From assembly GCF_037042905.1 (NCBI RefSeq), contig NC_087251.1, positions 31,126,001 to 31,190,000 of the forward strand: a stretch of DNA of 64,000 nt. The letters are read 5' to 3'. The notes under the pieces were generated by a model, which was not told where the DNA came from, made no database searches, and saw only the letters and a list, made by a program, of their open reading frames with translations. The position numbers were made by a program, and so were the translations under genes. Origin of the DNA: Lytechinus pictus (Eukaryota). Below are positions 24,401 through 36,349 of the stretch, one piece after another (the stretch's first letter is position 1; every line of letters begins with the position of its first letter).

Positions 24401-27400
24401 TAAGGTGAATGTTGTGAGAGGAAATGCAGAATAAATCTGAATATGTTGAGGTCTATAGCCATTGAGGTAACAGAAAGGGGTACATTTCTTTGAGAGCAAA
24501 TTGTAATATTGCAATTGTATGCAAGATGTAACGTACCTGTACATGTATATGTGGGGGCGTGAAACAGTAGTGTTATGACCCAAAAAAAAATTTGGAGGGG
24601 GCCAGACATGATGTAGGGTTCAAAATTTATGAAGATTAAAAAAGGAACTGAGCAAGCGAAGCAAGCGAGGAAAATTGTGACCTATTTTGATGGAAAAAAA
24701 TCTGATTTTGTGATAGATTTTGACATCATATTCAGGAAATACTTTACCTTATTCCTTTCGTTTTCTGGAAATTCTGGTTCATGGAACTTTTTTTGGGGGG
24801 GAGGGGGTCCATGGCCTCCAAGCCCACCTTCTATACACCAGTGGAGAGAGAGAGAGAGCCCAGACAAAGCAAGGGGACTCGGCGAAAGAGATGGGTTTAC
24901 AGAAACTATACTTGAGTACTTGAGAAACTATGTCGGACATGTTCAAAATTCCGAAATTGGTGGATATAACTTTGGATAGAATGACTCTATCAAAGACAAG
25001 CCGACAGAGTTCCCACAATATAGAGTCTTCAATATAGAAGCGATAGAGCACCTCCTATTACATTGTACATTCATGAAATACATGAACCAGAACAGAAAAC
25101 AGAGTGCCACTTAATCTGTCGACAGGTCATTGTATAGATAAGCTAACAAACTCTTCACTTTTCTTACTTTTTGGGGTTCTTTTTACTGGGGTACTTTCAG
25201 TACGGATTTTGTTTTTTATTGCCTTTTTTTAAGTTGGTATGCTGCATATGTAGTGGACAGTCCCAGAAAGTACCATCGCTTCACATTGGTAGATATTTTT
25301 GAGATTTTTTTATGCCATCTTAGGTGCTTACTGCAGGGAAAATAAATTACACAGGGGGGGGGGGGGGCTGGGGGCAATTTGCCCCCAAAATACTCAAAAG
25401 AGCCCTGGAAACTAAAAAAAACGAGCCCTAGAAATCTTCATACATTGTATTGTTAACACTTGTCCAATGTTTGCAGATTTAGACAGTCTGTTGTGAAAAG
25501 TAGCCCTCGAAAATAAAATAACACTTTTTTTCCTAGCTGGCTGACTGTCCTTACCATGATTTCATTTGTATGTGTTGTGTGATCATGGACTCTTCCGATT
25601 TGTTAGCAGAATTCATTGTGAAATGTGATATCAGGAATAAAAGGTTTTAAGAGCTGTCAAATTCAAGCAACCTTTCATTTGAAAGGTATTTTCCATTATT
25701 CTATTTCCTTTTTTTATCGTAATTTGGGGATGGAGGGGAAGGAGGATACATTATGGACTCTGGAGGCAATAATATGTTTCAGGTTTAAGTGTGCCCTCCC
25801 CCCCCCCCCTTGTGCCTCTTCTTCTTCTTCTTCTTCTGGAAACAGTACAGTCCACCGTCTGGTGTATTGTGTACTTACAATCAGCAATTGATGTTGCAGC
25901 TTAGTCAGATTCATCTACAATCTTCATGCATTAGGATTCCTTGGTATGCCTCTTTTATTACAGTCTATATTAGTTTAGGTAAATGTATATTGCAAATAGG
26001 CCTAAAGGGACAGCTGACAGTTTAACAGGTCAACCCATGGAACAAAAGCCCTGGCTACAAGATGCTCATACATAGTCATAGTATACACTTTAGTTTGTAT
26101 CGTAATGTGTTGAGCCTCCAGCGCCTGGCATATAGGCTCTGGTATTTACGTACCATTAACACTCCTAGAACGATCAATTTTGAATTTTGCTGTCAAAGCA
26201 TGTTTATGGAATAAGGAAATTTCTGTGTTACGTTATAAAGGTACATGGATTTTCTAGCATTAATACAGGGCAATGGCTGCATTATTCATTTTATTGTATA
26301 TGGAGAGAGAGAGCAAAGACAAATTTTTGTCTTGTCACCTTGCATGTAATAAAATGATTTCGTATTATATTCCAAAATCCATTCAGACATTAAAAACAAA
26401 TTAAAAGAAAACATTTGATGTCATTAACGATTCAGTAGATGCGTAGATGAAAGAGGAAAACAGAAATGGCAAAGCACAAATGTATATACAATGAAATATC
26501 TTTTCTGTTTTTCCTTTAAAAAAGATGACAAAATGCAATAAACAGAATGTTTTTTGTGTTATTGCATGTCTTCGTCATTACATGAATCCAATACTGGTTT
26601 CATGTTTCTGTATAGATCCGAGGTTCTCATGAACCTGGGAATTTTCATTTTGAAAATTGAAACCTAGGCAATTCTCGATTGTTCTAGTGTAAACATGTGT
26701 GATATATTTTATTGATATAAACTGGTTATTTATAGTACAGAGTGAACCTTATACATTGTACCCTACTCTTGGTAGTAGGAGAAGCATTTAAAAAAATCAG
26801 GATATGCCGGTACATGTATGGTCTTTATAAAAAAAGCAATATTGAAGTAACTTGTAGATTATAATTTGCATTTTTTATGCCATATACAGTGCAGTGAAGA
26901 TTCATGAATCAGTTTAGTAGGAATAACATAGAAAAATAATCAGAACCTAGCAGTGAATCAGATTATGGAGCTTCAAATACGCTCCTTGATCAAATTCACC
27001 TTGTCTCTAATTATAAACTGTACAGTGTACATCAGTACATGCTTGGGAGATGACCGTAATGTAATGATATGAACATGATGTGGAAGAGGTTCATCGTGGT
27101 GATGGATGAAGTTGAAGAAATCAATCAGTTGTCTCACGATCCATCGTGAGACTACTGATTAATTTCTCCAACTTCAATATGAACGTGTACATGTATGTGC
27201 ATTGATAGCTTTAGTTATGAATTCTCATGTAATGGTCTCATAGAGATATAAATCAACCCTATCAATGCTAGTGGTTGCAAAAGTCTGTCATACATAATAA
27301 TATACTATAGGCCTAAAGGTTTTGTTGATTGATGGATACTATTTTGTGTAACATTTGACTGCAGAAAGATATCTGTGAATTCAAATAGTCAATACAAATA

Positions 27401-28219
27401 TATGATACATCATACATGTCGGTACTCATTGTAGTATAGTAACAATGAATAGAGAGAAACAGGCAGGGTAGGAAAACAATTTTAGAGGCACGGCCCTGGG
27501 AAGCTAGTCTGTGCCTGCAAACCTTTCACTTGAGTTAAGGGTCTGAATGTGGAGCCTACTCATGCCTTGTGTACTGAAGGCCCTCTCGCTCAAGAATTGA
27601 AACAGCAAGTTTTGTATGTGCTGGTCTTTGCGTGGAGACACACTTGTTGGTCAAAGTTTCAATCAGGGTCTGTGCCTGCAGACTACTGGGAAGCGGGGGT
27701 GCTGGGGGTGAAGCACTAAAAAAAAGCTATGTAAAAGCTATGATAAAAGATTTTAACATGGACTTTTGTTTATTTGTATGGTATTTTTCTTGTTTTGATA
27801 TCCCCCCCCATTGTTTTTTGTCTTTCTTGCAAACTACTTTCCTGTATAGTTCATTATTACCTGCCAAATTACAAGAAATCTTTACATTTCATATCAGCAA
27901 CAGGATATCAACAGTAAATAGGATAGCTCAAAGGAAAAATGTTTCTTGTTTCTGCCCTAAGTCCTCTTTAATCTCTTTTTTCTTTGTTCATGTATTTAGG
28001 GATATGTGCATATTGTAATACTCCAATTGAGTGACCTGATTAGTATAACAACATCTCATATTTTTTGGGGAAAAACAACAGAAAATTACAAGTTTGCCTT
28101 TTTTTTTTTTGCCTTGATTGTACGATAAGCCTATTTCCTGTATTTCTTTGTAGTTTTTTACTCTGAACTTGAATTGAATGATTAATCATACTACTACTGA
28201 TTTTGTTTTGTTTATGCAG

Positions 28220-28377
28220 TGGCGTGGAGCATGGAGACAGAGTGCTCTCAGTCGGTCAACAAGAGAAGGAAGAAGAGGTGATCAAAGATGTTGAGATGAA
28301 AGAAGAACAGACCTTTGCTGCTCCTCAGCATGCCAACATTTCCAATGACTTCCCTCTCTATCTGGCTGGGTGTAACT
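28220..28377 (+). CDS. HIF1A: HIF-alpha exon 8 (post-PAC linker)
   Basis: TGCAG acceptor in phase 2 completes VNYAI-S-GVEHGDRVLSVGQQ, matching the HIF post-PAC pattern; T|GTAAGT donor. Confidence 0.9.
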
Positions 28378-28400
28378 GTAAGTCAATTAATCTAGAGTTG

Positions 28401-29210
28401 TTTTTGTCTCACCTGCATAGCAGAGTGAGACTATAGGCGCCGCTTTTCTGACGGCAGCGTCAACATAAAAACTTAACCCAAGGTTAAGTTTTTTAAATGA
28501 CAGCATAACTTAGAAATTATATGGACCTAGTTCATGAAACTTGGACATAAGGTTAATCAAGTATTACTGAACATCCTGCCTGAGTTTGAGGTCACATGAC
28601 CAAGGTCAAAGGTCATTTAGGGTCAATGAACTTAGACCATGTTGGGGGAATCAACATCAAAATCTTAACCTAAGGTTAAGTTTTTGAAATTTTGTCATAT
28701 ATCTTCAAACGTATATAGACCTAGTTCATGAAACTTGACCGTAAGGGTAATCAAGTATTACTGAACGTCCTGCCTGAGTTTCAAGTCACATGACCAAGGT
28801 CAAAGGTCATTTAGGGTCAATTAACTTTGACCAAGTTGGGGGTATTTGTTGAATTACCATCATAACTCTGAAAGTTTTATGGATCTGATTCATTAAACTT
28901 GGACATAAGAGTAATCAAGTATCACTGAACATCTCATGCGAGTTTCAGGTCACATGACCAAAGTCAGAGGTCATTTAAAGTCAATGAACTTTGGCCATTT
29001 TAGAGGTAATTATTAGATCAAGTATCCCTGACAAGTCTTAGGTCGCATGATCAAGGTCAACTGTCATTCATTGTCATTGAACATAGTATTGTATCATTAT
29101 ATGAATTGTGTTTTTGTGAATAATTATGTTATAGTAGTTTTCAAAGTCAGCATTGCTGCTATATTGAATCGCGTGATGCAGGTGAGACTGCCAGAGGCGC
29201 TCCACTTGTT
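28401..29210 (+). mobile_element. Helentron/DINE-like non-autonomous element with ~190-bp internal tandem units
   Basis: Subterminal inverted repeat GTCTCACCTGCAT (28406) / ATGCAGGTGAGAC (29176), T-rich flanks and three internal units containing GAAACTTG and GTCACATGACCAA. Confidence 0.65.
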
Positions 29211-29358
29211 TTTTTTTTTTTTTATAGTTTTCAAATTTGGTCAATGATCCACAATTGTTACTATGTGTTATCACCGAGCTAAAAGTGCAGTTACGATCAA
29301 AATGTAATTTATCAAATCAACCAATATGAGTAGTTTGAAGTTGAATATTGGTTTTCAT

Positions 29359-30790
29359 TTGATATGATTTGATTGGATTGGATTGGATTGGATCGGATGG
29401 GATTGGATTGGGTCAGATATGATTGGATTGGATCGGATTGGGTTGGATCGGATTGGATTGGAGTGGGTTGGGTTATAGTTTGGTTGGGTTGGATTGGATT
29501 GGATTAGATTGGATTGGATCAGATTGGGTTGGATTGGATTGGGTTGGGTTGGATCGGATTGGGTTGGATTGGATTGGAGTGGGTTGGGTTATAGTTTGGT
29601 TGGGTTGGATTGGATTAGATTGGGTTGGATTGGATCGGATTGGGTTGGATCGGATTGGGTTGGATTGGGTTGGGTTTTAGTTTGGTTGGGTTGGATTGGA
29701 TTGGATCGGGTTGGATTGGATTGGATCGGATTGGATCAGATTGGGTTGGATTGGATTGGGTTGGATTGGATTAGATTGGATTGGTTTGGATTGGGTTGGA
29801 TCGGATTGGGTTGGATTGGATTGGAACGGATTGGATTGGATCAGATATGATTGGATTGGATCGGATTGGGTTGGATCGGATTGGGTTGGATTGGATTGGA
29901 GTGGGTTGGGTTATAGTTTGGTTGGGTTGGATTGGATTGGATTAGATTGGATTGGATCAGATTGGGTTGGATTGGATTGGGTTGGGTTTTAGTTTGGTTG
30001 GGTTGGATTGGATTGGATTAGATTGGATTGGTTTGGATTGGATTGGGTTGGATCGGATTGGGTTGGATTGGATTGGGTTGGATTGGATCGGATTGGGTTG
30101 GATCGGATTGGGTTGGATTGGGTTGGGTTTTAGTTTGGTTGGGTTGGATTGGATTGGATCGGGTTGGATTGGAGTGGATTGGATTGGATCGGATTGGATC
30201 AGATTGGGTTGGATTGGATTGGGTTGGGTTGGATTGGATTAGATTGGATTGGTTTGGATTGGATTGGGTTGGATCGGATTGGGTTGGATTGGATTGGGTT
30301 GGATTGGATCGGATTGGATTGGATCAGATTTGGTTGGATTGGATCGGATTGGATTGGGTTGGGTTTTAGTTTGGTTGGGTTGGATTGGATTGGATCGGAT
30401 TGGATCAGATTGGGTTGGATCGGATTGGGTTGGATTGGATTGGGTTGGGTTTTAGTTTGGTTGGGTTGGATTGGATTAGATTGGATTGGATTGGATTGGA
30501 TTGGGTTGGAATGGATTGGATCGATTGGGTTGGATTGGATTGGATCGGATCGGGTTGGATCGGATTGGGTTGGATTGGATTGGATTGGGTTGGGTTTTAG
30601 TTTGGTTGGGTTGGATTGGATTGGATTGGATTAGATTGGATTGGATTGGATCGGATTGGGTTGGATTGGATTGGGTTGGGTTTTAGTTTGGTTGGGTTGG
30701 ATTGGATTGGGTTGGGTTGGATTGGATTGGATAAGATTTGAATTGATTAGATATGATTTGATACAATAATATGTGATATGATTTGGTAGG
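29359..30790. repeat. Pentanucleotide satellite (GGATT/GGGTT/GGATC)n, about 1.4 kb
   Basis: Direct reading; explains all WIGLD-type ORFs at 29423-30686. Confidence 0.97.
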
Positions 30791-31230
30791 ATATTATAAT
30801 ATGATTTCATTTGATTTGATTTGATCTTCTTGGAATATTAGTGTTTCTTTAATAAATGTGCAAAGAAAATTAAGAAATACAAAGGTTGCACAGGATATAT
30901 GATCCAAGAATGCTCTTTGCACTAATGATAGTAAACATGAGGATTGATTTACAAGATATGTCAGTTCCTTGGCTAAGTGTCCATTCAACTTCCTGACCTT
31001 TATCATCAGAGTTCCCTCATTCCCATCACCTTTCAAAATGAATTTCCTTTTCATTTATTACCATTTATCAATCCATTGTCAACTAATAGGTCTCATATAT
31101 ATTCGCCAATGATTTGACGATGCATAGATCAGACAAAATGGACTTCCTTTGCTTATTACTCTTGATGGAAAAATCCAGAGATCTTAGAAAATCTAAATCA
31201 AGTGCTTTTTAGAGATCAGAGTAATGAGCC

Positions 31231-31375
31231 TTTGTAATGTATCATTTCATTGAAGATGAGAATGAAATGCCTTGGTTAAGTTTCATTTCATTGAAGATCA
31301 GAATAAAGGGTCTTGGTAATGTGTCATTTCATTGAAGATGAGAATGAAGTGCCTTGGTAATGTTTCATTTTATTG
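31231..31375 (+). repeat. ~41-bp minisatellite, about 3.5 copies, abutting the exon 9 acceptor
   Basis: Unit is approximately TTGGTAATGTNTCATTTCATTGAAGATGAGAATGAARTGCC. Confidence 0.85.
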
Positions 31376-31391
31376 TATCTTATTTGAACAG

Positions 31392-31460
31392 CGTCTCAAG
31401 CGGTGGAGGAGAAATTGGCTTACTTAGCGCCGACTGCTGGCGATGTCATGATTGAATTGG
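31392..31460 (+). CDS. HIF1A: HIF-alpha exon 9, N-terminal ODD
   Basis: SQAVEEKLAYLAPTAGDVMIEL contains LxxLAP and resembles vertebrate LTLLAPAAGDTII; G|GTAAAT donor. Confidence 0.94.
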
Positions 31461-31489
31461 GTAAATGCCAGTATATTATCTTTATACAA

Positions 31490-32020
31490 ACCCTTTTTCT
31501 CCCCCACACTACTCCCATTCTCCTACCCTTTCTCCTTCCTCCTGTGGCCCGCTTTTACCCCTCCACTCATCTTTCCATCCTCCCCTCTTTATATCCCTCT
31601 TCTTCCTCTCCTTTGTTGATCTCTGCTCCCACAATATCCCCATTCTCCTACCCTTATCCCCTCCTTTACTCCCTCGACAGCCCTCTTTTATCCTTTCCCT
31701 TTTTACTCATCTCTCCTTTTCCCTTTCTTTATGTCCCTCTCCTCCACCCTTGTCCCGTTTCTACTCCCTACCTACCCCCATTCCTCTACCCTTCTTCCTC
31801 CCCTCCTTTAATCCCCCTTTAGCCCTCTATCACCCCACTGCTCATCTCTCCATCCTCTCTCTTTTTATCCCTCTTCCCTTCCTTTTACCCCATCACTGCT
31901 CCCTCCAAATCCACATACCCCTACCATCCCTCCACACCTTTACTCCTTTTACCCCTTATACCCCTCTGCTCATCTCTCCATCCTCCCCCATTTATCCTAC
32001 CTCTCTTTCCACCTCCCTGT
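31490..32020. repeat. C/T-rich low-complexity tract
   Basis: Direct reading. Confidence 0.85.
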
Positions 32021-32472
32021 AGCTGTATTTGTCTAAGCCATTGCACTTGACCTATTTGACTCTAGTAATTTCCTGTCTCCTTCCTCTTAATGTACATCTG
32101 TTTACTTTTTAACACTGTATGATTGGAGACCATCTTTTTCATCTCGAAATGAGACAGAAATGTGACAATAAAGTAATTGCATATTACATTCTATCCTAGT
32201 TAAGGTTATTATAAATGAAACAAAACAAAGCCAATCTTGCTGTATCATGATTTTGGTATATAATAGATAGCAATCCTCATCATAGATATATGAATCATTG
32301 TAGATGTAATTATCATAAAATGAGAGTATGTCTCGACTTTTATTGTTTATATTGTATTCATCAATTTTTTCCAATAAAGATATTGTTATTTATTATCATA
32401 AAATGAGAGTATGTCTCAACTTTTATTGTTCATATTATATTCATCCATTATTTTCAATCTTCTCACATTTAG

Positions 32473-32630
32473 ATCCTTCAGAAGGTCAGAGGATTGACAT
32501 GAATAGTGGGATCAAAGGATTCAATGAATCAGACAGCTTTGTGCCGTTTGACCCCTTTGCACCTCTACCGCCCAGCCAAGCCAATGACAGTGTACCGCAG
32601 AACACTAACGAGATGGTCATGAATGTACAG
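32473..32630 (+). CDS. HIF1A: HIF-alpha exon 10
   Basis: TTTAG acceptor in phase 1; DPSEGQRIDMNSG...EMVMNVQ; CAG|GTATGG donor. Confidence 0.85.
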
Positions 32631-33178
32631 GTATGGCCGTCAATCTCCTATCACTCTCCCCATGGCTTAGAAGTAATTTGTAAAGAACCAAATTTCACAA
32701 ATGCTTTTGGAATCCACATTTTGGCATGATTTGCTTTGGCTTTTGGTCTGACCGTGAGCATTGGAGCCCAGATTTCATCTACATACATGTATGCCAAGAT
32801 CTAACCATGCAAGGTTATTTATTAATTTACTTATTTTAGTTCCACATAGAAACATATAATAATGAGAAAAATAATAGTTACATTTATACAGTACTTATTG
32901 CACTGTGTTTCTTAGTGCTTTACATTGCAATTGTAAATTTTACATTGTCGAGGAGTCATTAAATGCCAAAGGCTTGACACAGACAACTCGTTTTGCATGA
33001 TAAAAACATAAATGAAACCATGTTTTTGTTTAGGCTTGGTTAAATCTTTGACCTGTTGTACATAATAAATCAATTCAAACAATCGTATAGCATGAAAGTG
33101 CTGACATTAAAATAATGATATATCTTAAATATATATTTATGTATCTTTATGGCTCTGTTCTCTTGCTATTTTTCATAG

Positions 33179-33283
33179 GACCCTGGTGTATTGAAGACTC
33201 AGTACCTGTGTACCAACAATGATCCATTGCTACTTGACAAAAGACCAAACCTGGATACAGAGAAGCAACCTATCAATGATGTG
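33179..33283 (+). CDS. HIF1A: HIF-alpha exon 11
   Basis: CATAG acceptor in phase 0; DPGVLKTQYLCTNNDPLLLDKRPNLDTEKQPINDV; GTG|GTAAGA donor. Confidence 0.8.
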
Positions 33284-33833
33284 GTAAGAATCAGCAGTTA
33301 TGTTTTACTTACAAGGCATATTCTTCCACTTGTTTTTTTTCTTCAAAAGATATTACCTGAGCATGCATTTATAGTCACTTAAGCTTACCAAGTTCAGTAT
33401 CGATGGATTTGCTGCTCACAGAATATTGAAAAATGAATGTATTAAAATGATTGTATGAGTATGGAGAGTGTACTGTTACCAGACCAAGTGTGATTACATA
33501 CCAAGTTCTCTTGTGTATTCATGTACAGATTCATAATTTGATGAGTTAGATTAGGCCATCATGCAGTAAGTGGATTGTGTGCTGTCATATTAATTTTCTT
33601 AGAGAGATTATAAGTAGGAATGCCAATTTTCAGGATAAAGCTAGCTTATTTTTGGCCAAAGAAAATGTATTTTTATTAACAAAATGGTTCATTCTAGGTT
33701 ACTTTTCCAGTCTGTTGTAAGAAATTTTCAGTGACATCCCCGTAAGACTTTGCATTAATGATTGTTCATACTTAAAAAATGAAGAGTCATCAGTAATGTT
33801 TTTTATAATTATTGTTCTGATACTATTTTACAG

Positions 33834-33994
33834 GTTGCTAAGCAACAGCTTCCATGTGATGAGCTAGCTATGAGGGCTCCATACATTCCTATGGGTGAGG
33901 ATTTTGACCTGTCAACCGATTCTCTTCTTGGTGACATGGATCCCTTCACGAGTGAGACTTGGATGCCTGTAGATCCATTCGGCACAGGTTCAAT
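33834..33994 (+). CDS. HIF1A: HIF-alpha exon 12, C-terminal ODD / N-TAD
   Basis: VAKQQLPCDELAMRAPYIPMGEDFDL resembles vertebrate LEMLAPYIPMDDDFQL; AT|GTGAGT donor. Not in the ORF track. Confidence 0.95.
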
Positions 33995-34650
33995 GTGAGT
34001 ATCTGACGTAGGGAATATAAAAAAGCATATTAAACTTTGTTAAATCCCTTCAAAGGTAACTGTCACCATTCCAGTTTATTACTAGATTATATGAATGTGT
34101 ATGTCCTAAAACAGATATTTTATGGAGAATATGATATAAAAATTGGTTTTATTGGATAAATTTGGGATCAATGAAGTCAAAGAAAATTTTAAAGTGTTCA
34201 ATGTGACGCTTTTGAGGGTGTGAATTTTTCTTTGTTCAGTCTTTCAGTCACTTGTTGAGAGTTTTGAATCTGTTTTTGTTTATGTTAAACGGGTGTGGCT
34301 GAATTCATCTCACATTCTTGTCATGTTCCCTCAACATTATGTAAGGTAGGTAATGTCTATCTTGATTGGTTCTCACCACAAGAAGACATCATAAATATGA
34401 GATTTTATATTTAATTGGAAAAAAATACGATGTCAAGCTTTTTAATACGGTAATGTAAAATAACTTACTCCCAGAAAATGATGGTATATGAAGGGTTTAC
34501 ACATCTTTTATGATTTCTTTCAAATGTGCTTATGCCAGTGTCTTGTTCTAGGCATGTAAATGAAGGTGTTTTTGAAGTCACATGATAGTTTACAGTATGT
34601 ATTTTTATACAAGCTCTTACGTTCTTATTTCATTTTGTTTGCACACACAG

Positions 34651-35282
34651 TGATAAGAACCTAAGACCAATGGAAGATAATGGGATGGACTACCCATGCT
34701 CTCAGAGTAGCAGCTGTCGTACATCAGGCAGCCCCATGGAGTCCTGTAACAGCAGTCTGAGCGGCAGTGTACCCAATCTTTACTTTCCCAATTCCTCACC
34801 CAGCACTCCTCAGCATACCCCGCTCCTGCTCTCCCCGGCCATGTCGCCCCACAGCGGTGCCCCCACGCCGATGCTGCACTCGCCGATGAATCCGAACCTT
34901 CTGTCTCCACTGGGCCAACCATCTCATCAAGACGACAGACTCTTCGCCTCACCGCTTCCGTCTCCTGCACCCATCCAGCAGCCTCTGGGTGTGTACATCC
35001 CCTACCCTCCTATGTCGTCCTACCAGCAGGTGTCTCCCAACCCTCAGAACATCATGTCGCCCCCTCATCAGAGATGCCAAACAAGCATACAATCCCCGCC
35101 CCTCAAGCGGAAGCAGGAGCATCCAGATTGCGGTGACTGCGCTCCTAGAAGCAAGATAAGTCGGTCGGATGGGCTGTTAGAGATGCTTGGGATGAGGAAT
35201 GGTAGAGGAGGAGGAGAGGATGACGACAGGGTCATGTATGTCAAGAGAGAACCAGACCAAGAACTTGACAAATCATCCACAG
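34651..35282 (+). CDS. HIF1A: HIF-alpha exon 13, Ser/Pro-rich region with NLS-like PLKRK
   Basis: ACAG acceptor in phase 2, in frame with ORF 34670; CAG|GTAATA donor. Confidence 0.9.
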
Positions 35283-35753
35283 GTAATACATCTTCTCATT
35301 TACCCAACATCATTGTGAGCTTTAGAATCCCAATCAAATATGTCTAATTCTATAACGGCTATACATCTGATCCACTGAATGACGGAAATTCCTAAAGTGA
35401 TTTGCCTCAGTTCTTTTAGTTCATATTAAAGGTTGTATTGCTCTCTAAATATCATGACATAAGCAGTTTGTGAAAACAGTAAGAATGGAGAGAAATAGGG
35501 ATTGGTCATTGCTGATTTGTAAGAGTGTAATGTAGGCATCAATGTCCACTTTTACACAAAAAAAAGTAGAATTTGAAAATTAAATGCAATTTTACTTTAG
35601 AAAGGATGAATGTGATTTCTCATCTCAGACATTCTTGTTTCACTGCTAACAGGGATATTTAAATACCTTGAATTTGATTCATTATGAAGCATCTTTACTC
35701 GAACCTCCTCTTTGGTGTTATTCTCAATTCCATTTTGTATTATTTATCTTCAG

Positions 35754-35920
35754 GTGAGAGTCCTTACATTGACACAGGCGCAGCAAGAGGAGGGGGTGGA
35801 CAACAGCCGACTCCAAGAGATAATAACATGGATCTACTATCAGCACTCCTTACTAAAGTTGATAAAGACAATGTCAATCCATTCAGACATTCACAATTAC
35901 TACAAATAGTTGCTCAAAGG
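35754..35920 (+). CDS. HIF1A: HIF-alpha exon 14
   Basis: TTCAG acceptor in phase 1; GESPYIDTG...MDLLSALLTK...IVAQR; AGG|GTAAGA donor. Confidence 0.87.
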
Positions 35921-36349
35921 GTAAGATATATTCCAACTTGGATCTCGTTGTTTTTTTATCCTATCATTTTATTCAGTTGGTCAACAAATGTCAAGGCAAA
36001 CTTTATTGGTAAAGACTGTGAATTGCTCAAATTGATTTATTTCATTTTATTTAGACATAATAGCCCTGTCTAGAATCAGAGTATTGTCCAGGAAGATCTT
36101 TATACTAATAAAATACTACAACAATGATCTTTTTTAACAATATAGACTTAATAGCTAACAACATTTTAATTACACAGTTGAACATAAGATAGACTAGCAA
36201 ACTTGTCCCAGGTGCATAATTTAAAACAATGGCATATTCCATTTCCGATAAGGTTAAGAAATTTTTTATGATTAGATTATAATAGACCGATGGTTGCCGA
36301 TTTAAATAATTTATAATAAATTAATTATTCCCCATTCTAAACTTGATAG

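Noticed and set aside
11825..28219. Known hypoxia microRNA (miR-210) or snoRNA hosted in the long intron
   Set aside because: I saw no match by eye; an Infernal/miRBase scan is needed to exclude this formally.
29423..30686. Overlapping WIGLD-repeat ORFs
   Set aside because: Translations of a pentanucleotide satellite.
31461..32022. ORF extensions 31403-31822 and 31465-32022
   Set aside because: Read-through into a C/T-rich intron beyond the donor at 31460.
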